Origin: Clostridium sp. OF09-36
Lineage (GTDB): Bacteria; Bacillota; Clostridia; Lachnospirales; Lachnospiraceae
Length of the DNA: 40,000 nt
Assembly (NCBI RefSeq): GCF_003481985.1
Contig: NZ_QUMD01000005.1
Location: 1 to 40,000, forward strand
Direction of reading: 5' to 3'
Positions 1 to 10,140 of the stretch are shown here, one piece after another (positions within the stretch are counted from its first letter, which is position 1; each line of letters begins with the position of its first letter). A program made the position numbers and the translations under genes. The notes below the pieces were generated by a model. The model ran no database searches and was not told the DNA's origin. It was given only the letters and a program-made list of their open reading frames with translations.

Positions 1-602
1 AGATGGAGGGCGTTGTTCTTCCAGATGGCTATAAACTGGAACTATTAAGTACCGGAGGCAGCCGACAATTTGATACAAACGCAATCATCAACCGCTATGA
101 TAACCGTATTGCAATGACGGTACTGGCGGATTTTATATTTTTGGGGCATGAGCAAAACGGCAGTTGGGCGTTGAGTTCCGATAAAACGGAGCTGTTCTCA
201 ATGGCGTGCGGAGCATTTCTTGATATTATCTGCGAAACATTCAACAGCCAGGCAATCCCGGCTTTGATTGATATTAACGGAGAGCATTTCAAGGGCATCA
301 CAGATTATCCCAAAATGACGCATGGGGATATTGAGGATGCAGACATCACGAAAGTTTCTGCATTTATCAAAGATATGACCGGTATCGGTGTACTGGTTCC
401 CGATGATGGTTTGGAAGATTACATTAGACAGGTGGGACATTTACCGGAGAGAACATCTGACACAAGAACACCTGATGAGGTAAGAGCAACACAACAGACG
501 CAGAACCAACCGCCAGAAAGCGCAACGGCGGCAGGGAAAGAGCCAAAGGATGGCGATGGAGAAATACCCAGTGACATTACTGAGCTGCCAAACGGCGGCT
601 AG
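1..602 (+). CDS. Portal protein, C-terminal fragment (gene begins upstream of the window)
   Basis: Frame open from the window edge to TAG 600-602; lies directly upstream of a Mu-F/SPP1 gp7-type gene; acidic, Pro-rich tail. Assigned by synteny. Confidence 0.5.
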   Translation, partial: MEGVVLPDGYKLELLSTGGSRQFDTNAIINRYDNRIAMTVLADFIFLGHEQNGSWALSSDKTELFSMACGAFLDIICETFNSQAIPALIDINGEHFKGITDYPKMTHGDIEDADITKVSAFIKDMTGIGVLVPDDGLEDYIRQVGHLPERTSDTRTPDEVRATQQTQNQPPESATAAGKEPKDGDGEIPSDITELPNGG

Positions 603-615
603 GGAGGTACTAATC

Positions 616-1575
616 ATGGCAATATTGATAAGACCTGGGAAGAGGTTCAGAAAAGCCAGAGCCGGTAACGGTGCGGAAATCCTGAAAAAGTTGGAGGATT
701 ATCTGAAAACAGCCAGTTCAGAACCGGTTGAGCTGTTATGCGGATTCTGGAAAGACCAGTCCAATGCCATCACGTATCAGGAATTAAGACAGGCAGTGCT
801 TGATGGAGAGCTGGACGAAAAGACAGCCGATGAATGGATGCAGGACTATTCTTTATTGGTGCAGGGAAAACTCAACGGTATGTGGCAGAATGCGATTATA
901 GCCGGTTCCACAAGCCAGCCAATAATCCAGGCTCTTGCAGATATGGATTATATTTTTTCAACGAAGCAGGTTCTTGGATGGATACAGGAAAGAGGGGCCG
1001 AGCTTGTGACACAATGCACTGATACGCAGAAAGAGGCAATCAAGGTATTCCTGGAAAGGACAGTTCGGGAAAGACATTCGGTTGATGAACTGGCAAAGAT
1101 GATTCGCCCCTGTATTGGGCTGACGAAGCCGCAGGCGCAGGCAAATCTCAAATATTACGAAAATATGGTCAAAACTTTGAGAGAACAGCATCCGAGGATG
1201 AAAGCAGAAAGCATCCAGAAGAAAGCCAGGACAGCCGCAATGAAGTATGCAGAACGTCAGCACCGGCAGAGGGCGGACAATATTGCACAAACGGAAATGG
1301 CATACGCTTACAACAAGGGAGCTGATGAGAGCGTGCGACAGGCGCAGGAACAGAAACTTATAGGCGAGGTCATAAAGAGATGGAGCACATCAGGCGATGA
1401 TATGGTGTGCTCTTTGTGTAGTTCTTTGGAGGGTGTGGAAATTGGCATGGATGAGGAATTTTCTTTCAAGGGAATAGGAACCAAAGTTACAACCGACCTC
1501 ACACCACCAGCGCATCCGAGATGTGCGTGCGCTATTGAGTACATAGAGGTCACACCTGATAAAAATAAAAAGTAG
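616..1575 (+). CDS. Head morphogenesis / minor head protein (SPP1 gp7 - Mu gpF family)
   Basis: ATG 616 follows GGGAGG 602-607 (track start 550 has no SD); C-terminal PPAHPRCACAIEY motif is typical of this family. Confidence 0.8.
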   Translation: MAILIRPGKRFRKARAGNGAEILKKLEDYLKTASSEPVELLCGFWKDQSNAITYQELRQAVLDGELDEKTADEWMQDYSLLVQGKLNGMWQNAIIAGSTSQPIIQALADMDYIFSTKQVLGWIQERGAELVTQCTDTQKEAIKVFLERTVRERHSVDELAKMIRPCIGLTKPQAQANLKYYENMVKTLREQHPRMKAESIQKKARTAAMKYAERQHRQRADNIAQTEMAYAYNKGADESVRQAQEQKLIGEVIKRWSTSGDDMVCSLCSSLEGVEIGMDEEFSFKGIGTKVTTDLTPPAHPRCACAIEYIEVTPDKNKK

Positions 1576-1590
1576 AGGAGGCGAGGAATC

Positions 1591-2060
1591 ATGCAGAAGT
1601 TTTCGGAGCTGATAAAGAAATCAACGGAAGATGGAGTCGGAAAGAAGAAACCGGCAGTGCAGAAAGGGCGGTTCAAGATTGCAAAATCTGATGATGATAA
1701 GATGCTGGCGTTTGGATGGGCGAATGTATCCATCACCGCAGATGGGGAATTGATAGAAGATTACCAGGAGGACATCATCGAACCGGAGGAACTTGAAAGT
1801 GCTGCTTACAAGTTCGCAGAACTGTACCGGGAGGGCGGAGAGATGCACGAAAGAGGCGGAGCCGCAGTCCTTATCGAATCGGTGGTATTTACCGAGGAGA
1901 AAATGAAAGCAATGGGAATCCCGGAGGCACGTTGCCTGTCGGATGGTGGATTGGCTTCAAGGTGCTTGATGAGGATGTCTGGGAAAAGGTCAAAAGCGGC
2001 GAATACCCGATGTTCTCCATTGAGGGAGAAGCAGAGCGAGTGGAGGTTGAGGAAGAATGA
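1591..2060 (+). CDS. XkdF-like putative prohead serine protease, interrupted by an apparent 1-nt frameshift near 1927-1929
   Basis: N-terminal part (FGWANVS...GEMHERGG..ESVVFTEEK) is in frame 0. The conserved C-terminus TLPVGWWIGFKVLDEDVWEKVKSGEYPMFSIEGEAE is in the -1 frame, 1929-2060. The frame-0 tail to 2160 looks like junk. Confidence 0.65.
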
Positions 2061-2236
2061 CAATACTTGCAGGAATAGGGATTTCCTTTTCGGTATGGCT
2101 GTTGGGGTGCTGTTAATATCCCTAAGCACAGTCACGAGAAAATATTTTGATGAAAAATAATAGCGGTAATACAGGGAGACATCCGGGAGGGTGCTTTTCT
2201 TGCATTATAAAGAATTTTTAAGAAAGGAGCAGAGCG

Positions 2237-3480
2237 ATGGCAACAAAATTGAAAAACCTCAAAATCACAAAAGTTGATTTTGTGGACGATGGAGCCAATC
2301 CAGAGGCACACATCCGATTGTTTAAGAGCAAGGACGGTGTGGAGCCGCCACATGATGAGGGTGCAGAGAAGAAACCGAATATCTGGAAACGCCTGATTAC
2401 GGCGATTACAAAAGCCGCAGGAAGTGAACCGGATACATCGGAGCTGGAAAGCGTGATAGATGATATTCAGAAGAGTTCGGAGAGCTTCGGAGAAAGAATT
2501 GCCGAAGTAAAAAACCGAAAAATCGCAGATGAAATCTGGGATATCTGTTACGCCCTCCAATCTTCTCTGTGTTCCATTCTGAATGATGAGGAAATGGATG
2601 GAACCAGTGCAGCAACAGCAATGCAGGAAAGCCTTGACGAGTTTTGCGAGTTTACAAAAGATGCAATCTCGCAGTGGTCCAGTGGTAAGGCAACCAACAT
2701 TGTGAAGAAAGAGGAGGTTACGGCATCAGACCTGGCGATGATGAAATCCATCCGCAAGAGATTGGATGATACCATCGAAAAAGCAGAAAAGGCGCAGGAT
2801 GAGCCTGGAACCGGAGAACCAAAGAAAAAGGACCAGAACAAAAATCAGAACGATGCGAAAGGAGCAGAAGAAATGAAAATTGACAAGAGCAAACTTACAC
2901 CTGCAGAACTGGCTTTCTTACAGTCCATTGAGAAGCGTTACGGCGAAGAGGAGGTAGCCGCAGGAGCAGAGGGCGTAACTCCACTGGCGCAGAATCCGGA
3001 GGGAATACCGGCAACAGAGGTCGGTAAATCCAATACACCGGCGCAGGGAACAGATGGCGGAGAAGATATCTACAAGGGTATGCATCCGGCAGTAAGAGCG
3101 GAACTTGAGAACTTAAAGAAGTTCAGAGAGGCAACAGAGGAGCGTGAGCTGAGGACGTTGCCAAAAAGTATGAAATCATCGGAAAGAAGAAAGAAGAGCT
3201 TGTACCGGTACTCAAAAGTCTGAAAGCCGCAGGAGGCACAGCATATACAGATATGATTGCTGTACTCGATGGAGCGGTTGCAGCCGTTGAGAAGTCCGGT
3301 GCTTTTACTGAAATCGGTAAATCCGGTGGAGCTGGCACAACAGATGGCGCAGCATGGTTAAAGGCAGAAACCCAGGCGGCAGAGATTATGAAATCAAAGA
3401 ATGTGACAAAGGCGCAGGCACTTGATGAAGTATTCCAGAATGACCCGGAACTTGCAGCAGAATGTGAAAAGGAGGAGTAA
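2237..3480 (+). CDS. Scaffold-like head protein, split by an apparent 1-nt frameshift near 3151-3154 (track ORFs 2237-3223 and 3253-3480)
   Basis: N-terminus KITKVDFVDDGANPEA resembles the XkdF/scaffold N-terminus; charged coiled-coil body. The -1 frame is open from 3148 and reads DVAKKYEIIGKKKEELVPVLKSLKAAGG... through to 3480. Confidence 0.6.
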
Positions 3481-3483
3481 GAC

Positions 3484-3882
3484 ATGGCAGATTATTTTGG
3501 CACAAGCATCAATGAAAGCCCGACTATCGTGTTAGAGGCTGGAAAAGACATTGAGGGCGCACAGGGAATTGCCCTGGCAATCAAGAATGGTAAGGCTGAA
3601 AAGCCGACAGCCGGTGCAAATGTTATCGGCTTATCACTGTTTACGAATGATGAGAAAGTAAAGGCCGGTGATGATGTAGACATCCAGGTAAAGGACATCG
3701 GAAAGTGGATTGCCGGAGAGGCAGTTGCGGTTGGAGATGAGCTTACAACCAATGCAGAGGGAAAGGCAGTAAAAGCGGCGGCAGGTAATTTTATTACAGC
3801 AGTTGCCCTTAGTGCAGCAACAGAAGCAGGTAGCGTGGTAAAGGTTCAGCTTATTAAGGCTGGCTACAAACCGAAAGAGTAA
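3484..3882 (+). CDS. Head decoration / capsid cement-like protein (DUF2190-like)
   Basis: 132 aa, Gly/Ala/Val-rich beta-type sequence directly upstream of the capsid gene; start follows GGAGG. Confidence 0.55.
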   Translation: MADYFGTSINESPTIVLEAGKDIEGAQGIALAIKNGKAEKPTAGANVIGLSLFTNDEKVKAGDDVDIQVKDIGKWIAGEAVAVGDELTTNAEGKAVKAAAGNFITAVALSAATEAGSVVKVQLIKAGYKPKE

Positions 3883-3903
3883 GAAAGAGGAGGACTATAA
3901 ACG

Positions 3904-4941
3904 ATGGGCAACACAAGAGAAGTAAACGGAAATGCGGCGATTCTTGCGAGAATCAATAAGGGATGGAAACCTAACCGCTATTTAACAAACATGAGCATGG
4001 CTTATTTTGCTGACCCGAAAGACCATGTTGCAACCAGTATTTTTCCGATTTGTCCGGTGGATTTTTCTACCGGATTTTATTATGAATTTCTGAAAGGCGA
4101 CCTTGCAAGAGATAATGTTGCGAGAAAGCCGGCTTTCGGTAAAGTATCACCGGCAAAGATGGGACACACTGATAACAGCTACAAATGCGTTGTAGACCAG
4201 ATTATCGTAGGCGTAGACCAGATTGGAGCCATAAACTATCAGCGTGCAGGAGTACCGGCATCCATCGACCCAAGACGTAGCAAGGTACGTTTTGTATCAG
4301 AACAGCAGTTGCTTCACCTTGATATTTTATTCGCAGAGAGCTTTTTCAAGACAGGAGTTTGGGCGAATGAGTTCACTGGTATTTCATCTGGTACACCGAG
4401 CGGCAGCCAGTTCCTGAAATTCAATGATGCGAATTTCGACCCGGTTAATTTCTTCGATGCAAGAAAGAGAGAAATCAAGCTGGCAGGCAGACGTATGCCG
4501 AATAAGTTAAGCCTCGGCTATGATTCATTCACAGCATTAAAGAATCACCCGGACATCCTGGAGCGTGTGAAGTACACAGGCGGTACGGCAAATCCGGCAA
4601 TCGTAAATGAACAGGTACTTGCACAGGTACTTGGATTTGAGGAAGTAAAGGTCCTGGAGGCAACATACAATGCCGCAGAAGAGGGACAGCCGGACGATAT
4701 GAAGTTTGTATGCGAATCTGATGGAGCATTACTTACATACACAACAAATGCACCGGCTATTGATGAGCCGTCCGCAGGATATATCTTTACATGGGATATG
4801 CTCGGCAACGGAAACTACATGGCAACAGACCAGTTCGAGGGCGAGGGTGGTACTCATTCAGAGTTCATCGAGGGCTTAATGTCTACGGATATGAAGAAAA
4901 CCTCCGATGACCTGGCTTGCTACCTGTCTGCGTGTGTGTAA
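3904..4941 (+). CDS. Major capsid protein
   Basis: 345 aa; strong SD (GAGGAGG); position after scaffold and decoration genes; sequence character of gpE/gpT-type coat proteins. Confidence 0.75.
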   Translation: MGNTREVNGNAAILARINKGWKPNRYLTNMSMAYFADPKDHVATSIFPICPVDFSTGFYYEFLKGDLARDNVARKPAFGKVSPAKMGHTDNSYKCVVDQIIVGVDQIGAINYQRAGVPASIDPRRSKVRFVSEQQLLHLDILFAESFFKTGVWANEFTGISSGTPSGSQFLKFNDANFDPVNFFDARKREIKLAGRRMPNKLSLGYDSFTALKNHPDILERVKYTGGTANPAIVNEQVLAQVLGFEEVKVLEATYNAAEEGQPDDMKFVCESDGALLTYTTNAPAIDEPSAGYIFTWDMLGNGNYMATDQFEGEGGTHSEFIEGLMSTDMKKTSDDLACYLSACV

Positions 4942-4960
4942 ACAGTAAGGAGGTACAGCG

Positions 4961-5461
4961 ATGAGCTATGTTTGTACAAAAGCTCTTCGTATCAGTGGTG
5001 TTGATTATGCCCCTGGGGATGCAATCCCTGATGGGGCAATCCGCCCTGAAAGAGTAAGAGCATTAAAAACATCCGGCTTTATTGGAGAGCTTACAGAGGA
5101 AGTAGCACCACCGGCTGATAAGAAACCGGAGGAAAAAGTGGTTATCGAGCAGGTAACAATCCCGGTAAAGGCAGAAGATGGCAGAGAAATGGAGGTATCA
5201 CTTGTGCTTTCAGGAGTTGTGAAAGTATTTGAGGTTATGCAGATGCCGGAAGAGGATGCTGTCAAAGAAATTGCAGGAATTGAGGATGAAAACATTCTTA
5301 TTACGATTCATGCCACAGAGAGCAGAGAAGCGGTAAAAGCGGCGGCAAAATCCAGAGCCGTTGAATTAAGCACAGGCGGCGAGAAAAAGGCAGCCACAGG
5401 CGGTAAGAAGCCTACAAAGGGTAGTGCGAAAGACACAGACAAAGATACGGAGAAAAAGTAA
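4961..5461 (+). CDS. Hypothetical head-associated protein with Lys-rich tail
   Basis: AAGGAGG SD; 166 aa; follows the capsid gene. Confidence 0.55.
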   Translation: MSYVCTKALRISGVDYAPGDAIPDGAIRPERVRALKTSGFIGELTEEVAPPADKKPEEKVVIEQVTIPVKAEDGREMEVSLVLSGVVKVFEVMQMPEEDAVKEIAGIEDENILITIHATESREAVKAAAKSRAVELSTGGEKKAATGGKKPTKGSAKDTDKDTEKK

Positions 5462-5476
5462 AGGCGGTGCGTGAAT

Positions 5477-5890
5477 ATGGCAACAGGAACTTACAGTTAC
5501 AACCCGGCAGACCTTAAAGGAAACACGATGAGCCGTATGCGTTTTGAGCTTGGCGATACGATGGTACAGGGAGCCGAAAATACTTGTGCGGTAACGGATG
5601 AGGAAATCAATGCTGCCATTGAAATGTACCCGAAGTCATGGAAGAAAGCAAAGCTGATGCTGGTAGAGAGTATCTACCGGCGTTTTTCGTATGAGGTGGA
5701 TACAAAGACAGGACCATTATCTTTGAGCCTACACGAAAGGGCGGAAACCTGGAAAGAGGCATACGAGGCATTGAAGAAAGAAGTCAAAGCCGAAAATATT
5801 TCCGTTCCGGCATTTGCAGGAAACGCAGGCAAGAAACCACCGTATTTCTTTACCGGTATGCAGGAGAATGAAAGGACGAGGCAGGGATGA
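5477..5890 (+). CDS. Putative head-tail connector/adaptor protein
   Basis: Position between capsid and tail genes; ATG 5477 (track GTG 5471 also possible). Confidence 0.45.
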   Translation: MATGTYSYNPADLKGNTMSRMRFELGDTMVQGAENTCAVTDEEINAAIEMYPKSWKKAKLMLVESIYRRFSYEVDTKTGPLSLSLHERAETWKEAYEALKKEVKAENISVPAFAGNAGKKPPYFFTGMQENERTRQG

Positions 5891-6264
5891 TAAATGCAAA
5901 CATGATGTATTTAAGACCTGGCAACCTTTTCAAAGAATTTGTGATTGAAAATAACCGGCAGAAAGTGACATCCACCGGGCGAGTAGTGAATGACCATAAA
6001 GGGGACGGCATAAAAACTCTGTATGGATGCCTTGCAGATGCAACCACAGAAACTGCGAAAAATAAGTCTACCGAGGACCATACCGTTACACATACGATTG
6101 TGCAGAGAGGAACACCTTTAGCGAAGAAAACTGATAAATTAGTGCTGGGAAATCGTGTTTTTTATGTTGTTGCAGTAGATGATACAGGAGGTCTTGGAAT
6201 TTCCACCCTGTATTATGTCGAGGAAAGGGATGATATAAAAAATGACACCAGAACAGGCTCCTGA
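5887..6264 (+). CDS. Putative head closure / head-tail joining protein
   Basis: ATGA overlap with the upstream gene; 125 aa. The 3' end may really stop at the A6 run 6236-6241. Confidence 0.45.
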   Translation: MINANMMYLRPGNLFKEFVIENNRQKVTSTGRVVNDHKGDGIKTLYGCLADATTETAKNKSTEDHTVTHTIVQRGTPLAKKTDKLVLGNRVFYVVAVDDTGGLGISTLYYVEERDDIKNDTRTGS

Positions 6265-6676
6265 TGGAGTAAGAGAGGCAGTCGAAAAAGAGGTAAAGCA
6301 CATCAATCAGAAAGTCCGGTCAAAGGCAGCCAGAGTAAATAATGCATTGAGAAATGCAGAGCTGGAAGTGCTGAAAGGACAGAGAGGCGGAAAGAGATAC
6401 CGCAAGCCGCATTCAAAACGTACCTATCAGGCATCATCACCCGGAGAACCACCGGCAAGAAGAACAGGTGCATTGCGATTACAGTGGGCCAAAGGCGTTG
6501 ATGGTGGTTCATCTGGAAGTGGTGGAGCAAAATATACGGCATACATCGAAAGCCAGGTTCCGTATGCAGGGTATTTGGAAAACGGTACAAGCAAAATGGC
6601 GGCAAGACCGTATGTGGAAAAAATCAAAGAAAAGGCACTGCCGGAAATAGAAAGTATTTTCAGCGAAGATAGCTGA
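6242..6676 (+). CDS. HK97 gp10-family head-tail joining protein
   Basis: Motifs PGEPPARRTGALR ... VPYAGYLENGTSKMAARPYVE are typical of the HK97 gp10 family. Confidence 0.7.
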   Translation: MTPEQAPDGVREAVEKEVKHINQKVRSKAARVNNALRNAELEVLKGQRGGKRYRKPHSKRTYQASSPGEPPARRTGALRLQWAKGVDGGSSGSGGAKYTAYIESQVPYAGYLENGTSKMAARPYVEKIKEKALPEIESIFSEDS

Positions 6677-6690
6677 TAGGAGGCGAAGAG

Positions 6691-6999
6691 ATGGAACTGA
6701 TTACAGAAAAGCCAGTGAAGCAGTTCGACACATCCGCCATAGCGAAAGGCAATCTCATATATGCAAAGCATTCCTCATGGGATGCAGGAAAGAGTGGATT
6801 CGTTACAGGAGTGAACGGAAATGAAATTGCGGTGCAGTTTCATCCGGGCATTGGGAATGTGACGAATCATTTTTTTATCCTGGCATCAGAGGCAGCCGCA
6901 GGGCAATGGGAAATCCGATGGTCTGTGGATATGTCCGAAGTATATGAGTACGGCATAACGCATGAGGAGGAGCCTGTCGAGAATGGAGGGCAGGAATGA
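6691..6999 (+). CDS. Hypothetical structural protein
   Basis: SD AGGAGG; 102 aa; ATGA-coupled to the next gene. Confidence 0.5.
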   Translation: MELITEKPVKQFDTSAIAKGNLIYAKHSSWDAGKSGFVTGVNGNEIAVQFHPGIGNVTNHFFILASEAAAGQWEIRWSVDMSEVYEYGITHEEEPVENGGQE

Positions 7000-7883
7000 A
7001 ACTGGAAGAACTGATTCAAAAAAGATTTACAGAGCGTGAGGGATTAACAAAATTCCTTGTCAAGTTTGGAGATTACCCGGCGATATTCAGCCCGGAGGCT
7101 CCAAAGGATAACCAGAACTGGGGTACAGATGTTCATTATCCGAGGCTTGTATATAACTATGATATGCAGGCGGATGAGGAGCGGAAGAGCGCAGGAACAT
7201 TGTCTGTATCGTTGCTATGCCAGAACACAGAGGATGCGACAGAGGAAGATATAACACCGGAAATGCTTGAACCGCTGGTTCGGGATTGTCTGAAAGATGT
7301 GTTGCTCCATTCCGAAGATGGAAAGCTGTATGCATTCGCATGGAACCGGACGGACGCATTTGAACTGGCAGAAAGCAAAACAGACCTTATTATCGGTAGC
7401 GATGTGAGGTTTGACATCCTGGAATATACAAGCCAGGAAACAACCGACCCGGACCCGGTAATGGCAATGAATAAGTTCGTAAAAGAACTGTATCCAGAGT
7501 GCATCGTGGTAGGGCTTGACCGTATGGAGGAAATTACAGAGGCTTCAAGAGAAACGCCTGTTATATATTGCAGGCTCAATAGCATGGAAAAAGTAGAGGA
7601 AACGAATACGGTTGTTTGGATGGATGGTAAACTTGCCATCCATATTTTATGCCCGGACACTGATATGAGGCTGAAAATGGCAGCCGCTATCACAAATGCG
7701 ATGTCACCAGACGGAGAAGTCACAATGCTGGATTACTCACCAATGTTTATCCGCAAATTACAGATGGACAATAAATCTGATTACCTGAAAGACGGTCAGA
7801 TTTTTGTAACAGGCAGATATGGTTTATTGCGATACAAAGCAAAACCACATCAGCTTAATAGAACCACGCAAAATTATTTTTAG
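6996..7883 (+). CDS. Hypothetical tail-completion-region protein
   Basis: 295 aa ORF, translationally coupled, immediately upstream of the sheath module. Confidence 0.5.
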   Translation: MKLEELIQKRFTEREGLTKFLVKFGDYPAIFSPEAPKDNQNWGTDVHYPRLVYNYDMQADEERKSAGTLSVSLLCQNTEDATEEDITPEMLEPLVRDCLKDVLLHSEDGKLYAFAWNRTDAFELAESKTDLIIGSDVRFDILEYTSQETTDPDPVMAMNKFVKELYPECIVVGLDRMEEITEASRETPVIYCRLNSMEKVEETNTVVWMDGKLAIHILCPDTDMRLKMAAAITNAMSPDGEVTMLDYSPMFIRKLQMDNKSDYLKDGQIFVTGRYGLLRYKAKPHQLNRTTQNYF

Positions 7884-7894
7884 GAGGTATGAAG

Positions 7895-8167
7895 ATGCCA
7901 AGAACAAAAGCAGAATCCACAGCAGATGCAGTGGAGGAACAGAAAACCGATGCTGTCGAAGATACTGCACCGGTACAGGCAGAAGAGCCAAAAGCTCCGG
8001 CAGAATCCGAGTACACAATCGAGGAACTTGCAGACGGGGCAGGAAACATTTTCAAAGTCCAAAGAGAATGTGTTGTTGCGGCATTAAAAGTCGCAGGAGT
8101 AACAACGTGTACAGTGTCTAAAGCCAAAGAGCTTGTGGACGCATTCATGAAAAAGGAGGTCAAATAA
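7895..8167 (+). CDS. Small acidic protein upstream of the sheath gene
   Basis: AGGAGG 7882-7887 is better spaced for ATG 7895 than for track start 7889. Confidence 0.5.
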   Translation: MPRTKAESTADAVEEQKTDAVEDTAPVQAEEPKAPAESEYTIEELADGAGNIFKVQRECVVAALKVAGVTTCTVSKAKELVDAFMKKEVK

Positions 8168-8170
8168 GAT

Positions 8171-9577
8171 ATGGCTGGAACTTATGTCTTAGGAGAAACA
8201 AAAGTCAGACCGGGAGCATATTTCAATATTCAGAAGAAAGGGACAGGACAGCAGAGTGGCACTGTAAGCGGTGTTACGGCTGTCCTTTTTCGTTCCGATT
8301 TTGGACCGTTAAATACTGCGGTTGAATTAAATCCCGATGATGGATTTGCAAACACTTTCGGTAATGGAGGCACAACAGATGCCATCCAGGAGGCAATCAA
8401 CGGCGGAGCGCAGACAATTATTGCTTGCCGAGTTGGTAATGGAGGAACATCGGCAACTGCCACTCTGAACACAGCAGAGGGACAGGCGGCAGTAAAAATC
8501 ACAGCAGCATATCCGGGAAAGAAAGCCTTTACCGTAACGGTAAGGGAAAAGCTGACAGACAGCACCCTGAAAGAGTGTATCATCTATGCCGGTGTGACAG
8601 AATTTGAGAAAGTCGAATTTACCGCAGGCGCAGGAGAAGCAAAAGCACTTGCAGATGCATTTGCAGCAACGAAGAAATTCAAAGCAGAGGTACAGTCTGG
8701 AAAAGACCAGGCAATCGTGATGAATGTATCACAGAACGCCTTTACTCCGGGAACCGACCCGCAGGTTACGAATGAGGATTACTCAAACGGATTTGTAGCT
8801 GTCGAGCCTTACGAGTTCAATACAATCTGTGTTGATACGGAGGAAACAGCAGTACATATCCTGATGCAGTCATTCATGAAACGTATTTTCGGTGTAGGTT
8901 CCCTGACACAGGGAGTTGTAGCAGAAAAGCATACTGTTGACCTGGAAACCAGAATGAGCCATGCGGCATCATTCAATGATGAAAAAATGAACTATGTTCT
9001 CAATGCTTATGTGAATGAGCAGGGCAAGGAGATTGACGGATACCAGACGGCGGCACGTTTGGCAGGAATGATTGGAGCTTGCGCTTCAAATTCTTCCCTT
9101 ACACATACTGTTGTGAGTGGATTCAGTGAAATCCTGGAACGCCTCACAAATACACAGATGATTGCTGCAGAAAAGAAAGGCTGCATCGTACTCAGCTACA
9201 GCAGCGCAAAACAGGTGTGGATTGATAATGCTATCAACACTCTTATTACACCGGCTGACAATCAGGATGATGGTTGGAAGAAAATCAGAAGAGTAAAGAC
9301 CAGATTCGAGCTTATCCGCAGAATGAATGCGGCGGCAGATGCACTTGTCGGAAAGGTAGACAATGACAAGGATGGTCGAAGCACTGTAGTAAGCCAGTTA
9401 CAGGCAATCGGTGACAATATGATTGCCGAGGGAAAACTGACAGCGATTACCGTTTCCGAAAGCGCAGTAAATGTGGCTGATGGGGACAGTGCTTGGTTTG
9501 ATATTGACGTTGTTGACAAGGATTCTATGGAACACATCTACCTGTCTTATAGATTCCAGTTCAGCACAAATGCATAA
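8171..9577 (+). CDS. Tail sheath protein (XkdK-like)
   Basis: 468 aa; N-terminal GAYFNI...GVTAVLFRSDFGP motif; followed by tube, chaperone and tape measure genes. Confidence 0.85.
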   Translation: MAGTYVLGETKVRPGAYFNIQKKGTGQQSGTVSGVTAVLFRSDFGPLNTAVELNPDDGFANTFGNGGTTDAIQEAINGGAQTIIACRVGNGGTSATATLNTAEGQAAVKITAAYPGKKAFTVTVREKLTDSTLKECIIYAGVTEFEKVEFTAGAGEAKALADAFAATKKFKAEVQSGKDQAIVMNVSQNAFTPGTDPQVTNEDYSNGFVAVEPYEFNTICVDTEETAVHILMQSFMKRIFGVGSLTQGVVAEKHTVDLETRMSHAASFNDEKMNYVLNAYVNEQGKEIDGYQTAARLAGMIGACASNSSLTHTVVSGFSEILERLTNTQMIAAEKKGCIVLSYSSAKQVWIDNAINTLITPADNQDDGWKKIRRVKTRFELIRRMNAAADALVGKVDNDKDGRSTVVSQLQAIGDNMIAEGKLTAITVSESAVNVADGDSAWFDIDVVDKDSMEHIYLSYRFQFSTNA

Positions 9578-9591
9578 GGAGGTAACGGAAG

Positions 9592-10050
9592 ATGATTAAC
9601 ACAAGAGCAGCCGGAGATTCTCGTTTTGCGAGAACCGGTAAAGATGGAGCGATTTACAACGCTGACGGCGTGTTGCTGGCTACCGTAGACAGCTTCACAG
9701 CTAATGTAACTTATAACAATGCCGCATATTCCGTTTTAGGAAATGCGCAGGAGCTTGAAACCGCAAACACATTTAAGGTTGCCCTTACAATGTCCCAGGT
9801 TGTGGTTGAGGATGATGCTTTCATCCAGGAGCTTGTCGAGGCTATGGAATCACAGACAATGCCTGTATGGGATTTCCAGGGCGTGCTCAAGGGAAGAAAC
9901 GGCACCGAGGAAAGAATGGTGTATCGTGAGTGCATTCCGAGTGGACAGGTTGATTTACAGAACATTACCGTCGGGGATGTTATCAAGAGAGCATGGAACT
10001 TTGCGGTCAACAGACCACCGAAATTACAGAACTTACTTGCACTGGGTTAA
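9592..10050 (+). CDS. Tail tube protein (XkdM-like)
   Basis: 152 aa directly after the sheath gene; strong SD. Confidence 0.8.
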   Translation: MINTRAAGDSRFARTGKDGAIYNADGVLLATVDSFTANVTYNNAAYSVLGNAQELETANTFKVALTMSQVVVEDDAFIQELVEAMESQTMPVWDFQGVLKGRNGTEERMVYRECIPSGQVDLQNITVGDVIKRAWNFAVNRPPKLQNLLALG

Positions 10051-10070
10051 GAAATACAGTGCGATTCACC

Positions 10071-10105
10071 GGAGGGTGCCGAGATGGCATCCTCCATTTA
10101 ATTTT
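10071..10105 (+). terminator. Intrinsic terminator/attenuator after the tube gene
   Basis: 10-bp stem GGAGGGTGCC / GGCATCCTCC (one G-T pair), 5-nt loop, then ATTTAATTTT. Confidence 0.6.
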
Positions 10106-10140
10106 AACAATATTTTTTGAAAGATGGAGGAAAAAACGAT

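Noticed and set aside
2061-2160. Frame-0 C-terminal extensions of ORFs 1591-2160 and 2237-3223 taken as genuine protein ends
   Set aside because: Both tails are Arg/Ser/Cys-rich and low in plausibility, while the -1 frames carry the family-typical continuations.
3159-3166. Programmed -1 frameshift on CCA AAA AGT within the scaffold overlap window
   Set aside because: It is not a canonical X_XXY_YYZ heptamer. The -1 frame already reads sensibly from 3154 (DVAKKYE...), upstream of this site. A simple 1-nt indel at 3151-3154 explains the data better.
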